From: Candidatus Shapirobacteria bacterium
Lineage (GTDB): Bacteria > Patescibacteriota > Microgenomatia > UBA12405
Assembly: GCA_041649835.1 (NCBI GenBank)
Contig: JBAZML010000002.1
Span: 3,318 to 67,317, forward strand
Reading direction: 5' to 3'
DNA: 64,000 nt
In this document: positions 63,840 through 64,000 of the stretch, piece by piece
Layout: the number at the start of each line of letters is the position of its first letter
How positions within the stretch are numbered: position 1 is the stretch's first letter
Program-made: the position numbers and the translations under genes
Notes under the pieces: model-generated
Databases searched by the model: none
Seen by the model: only the letters and a program-made list of their open reading frames with translations
Told to the model about the DNA's origin: nothing

Positions 63840-63998
63840 TTACTTTATCCTTGTATATACACCGCAATGGTCAGAGACAAAAGGGCCATTAGCGCCATTA
63901 AATATAATCTTCGTTTCCAGTATTTTAAACTCTGAACCTATAAAAATGTAATCTATTTTGTAATCATTTCTGCCTACATAATCACAATATGGGTTGTT
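63840..63998 (-). CDS. C-terminus of endonuclease/exonuclease/phosphatase (EEP) family protein, truncated by window edge
   Basis: Translates ...YKIDYIFIG...PFVSDHCGVYTRIK*, containing the IDYIF and SDH motifs. Confidence 0.8.
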   Translation of the reverse strand, partial: NNPYCDYVGRNDYKIDYIFIGSEFKILETKIIFNGANGPFVSDHCGVYTRIK

Positions 63999-64000
63999 CC

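Noticed and set aside
1-64000. Genome-wide stop-codon reassignment
   Set aside because: Core genes are full length in code 11 and end in TAA, TAG or TGA. The few internal stops are isolated and of different types.

Overview
This window is part of a large AT-rich T4-like myophage genome in the standard genetic code. Two minus-strand virion blocks carry the tail and baseplate genes plus the gp55 late sigma factor (16.5-38 kb), and the gp23/22/21/67/20/4/17 head and packaging genes (52-64 kb). They alternate with two plus-strand accessory blocks. The 0-16.5 kb block encodes a glycan synthesis/modification cluster (glycosyltransferases, methyltransferases, a kinase-like protein, an epimerase). 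It then has a gp16-like small terminase coupled to a complete PrkA(YeaG)-YeaH(vWA)-SpoVR(YcgB) module with a MazG-like insert. The 38-52 kb block is an early region of small ORFs, DNA ligase, nucleases and phosphoesterases, driven by a repeated promoter-RBS cassette. The main observations are: (1) the phage-borne PrkA/YeaH/SpoVR system behind late promoters; (2) an unannotated -1 frameshift signal (T TTT TTA plus hairpin) fusing gp26 to a gp51-like frame just upstream of the tape measure gene; (3) a WbdD-like kinase/methyltransferase pair in the glycosylation cluster; (4) a shared RI(D/E)LLL motif linking an LRAT-family enzyme to putative internal head proteins. All family calls are from motif recognition by eye, not database searches. 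I saw no tRNA, CRISPR array or reverse transcriptase.
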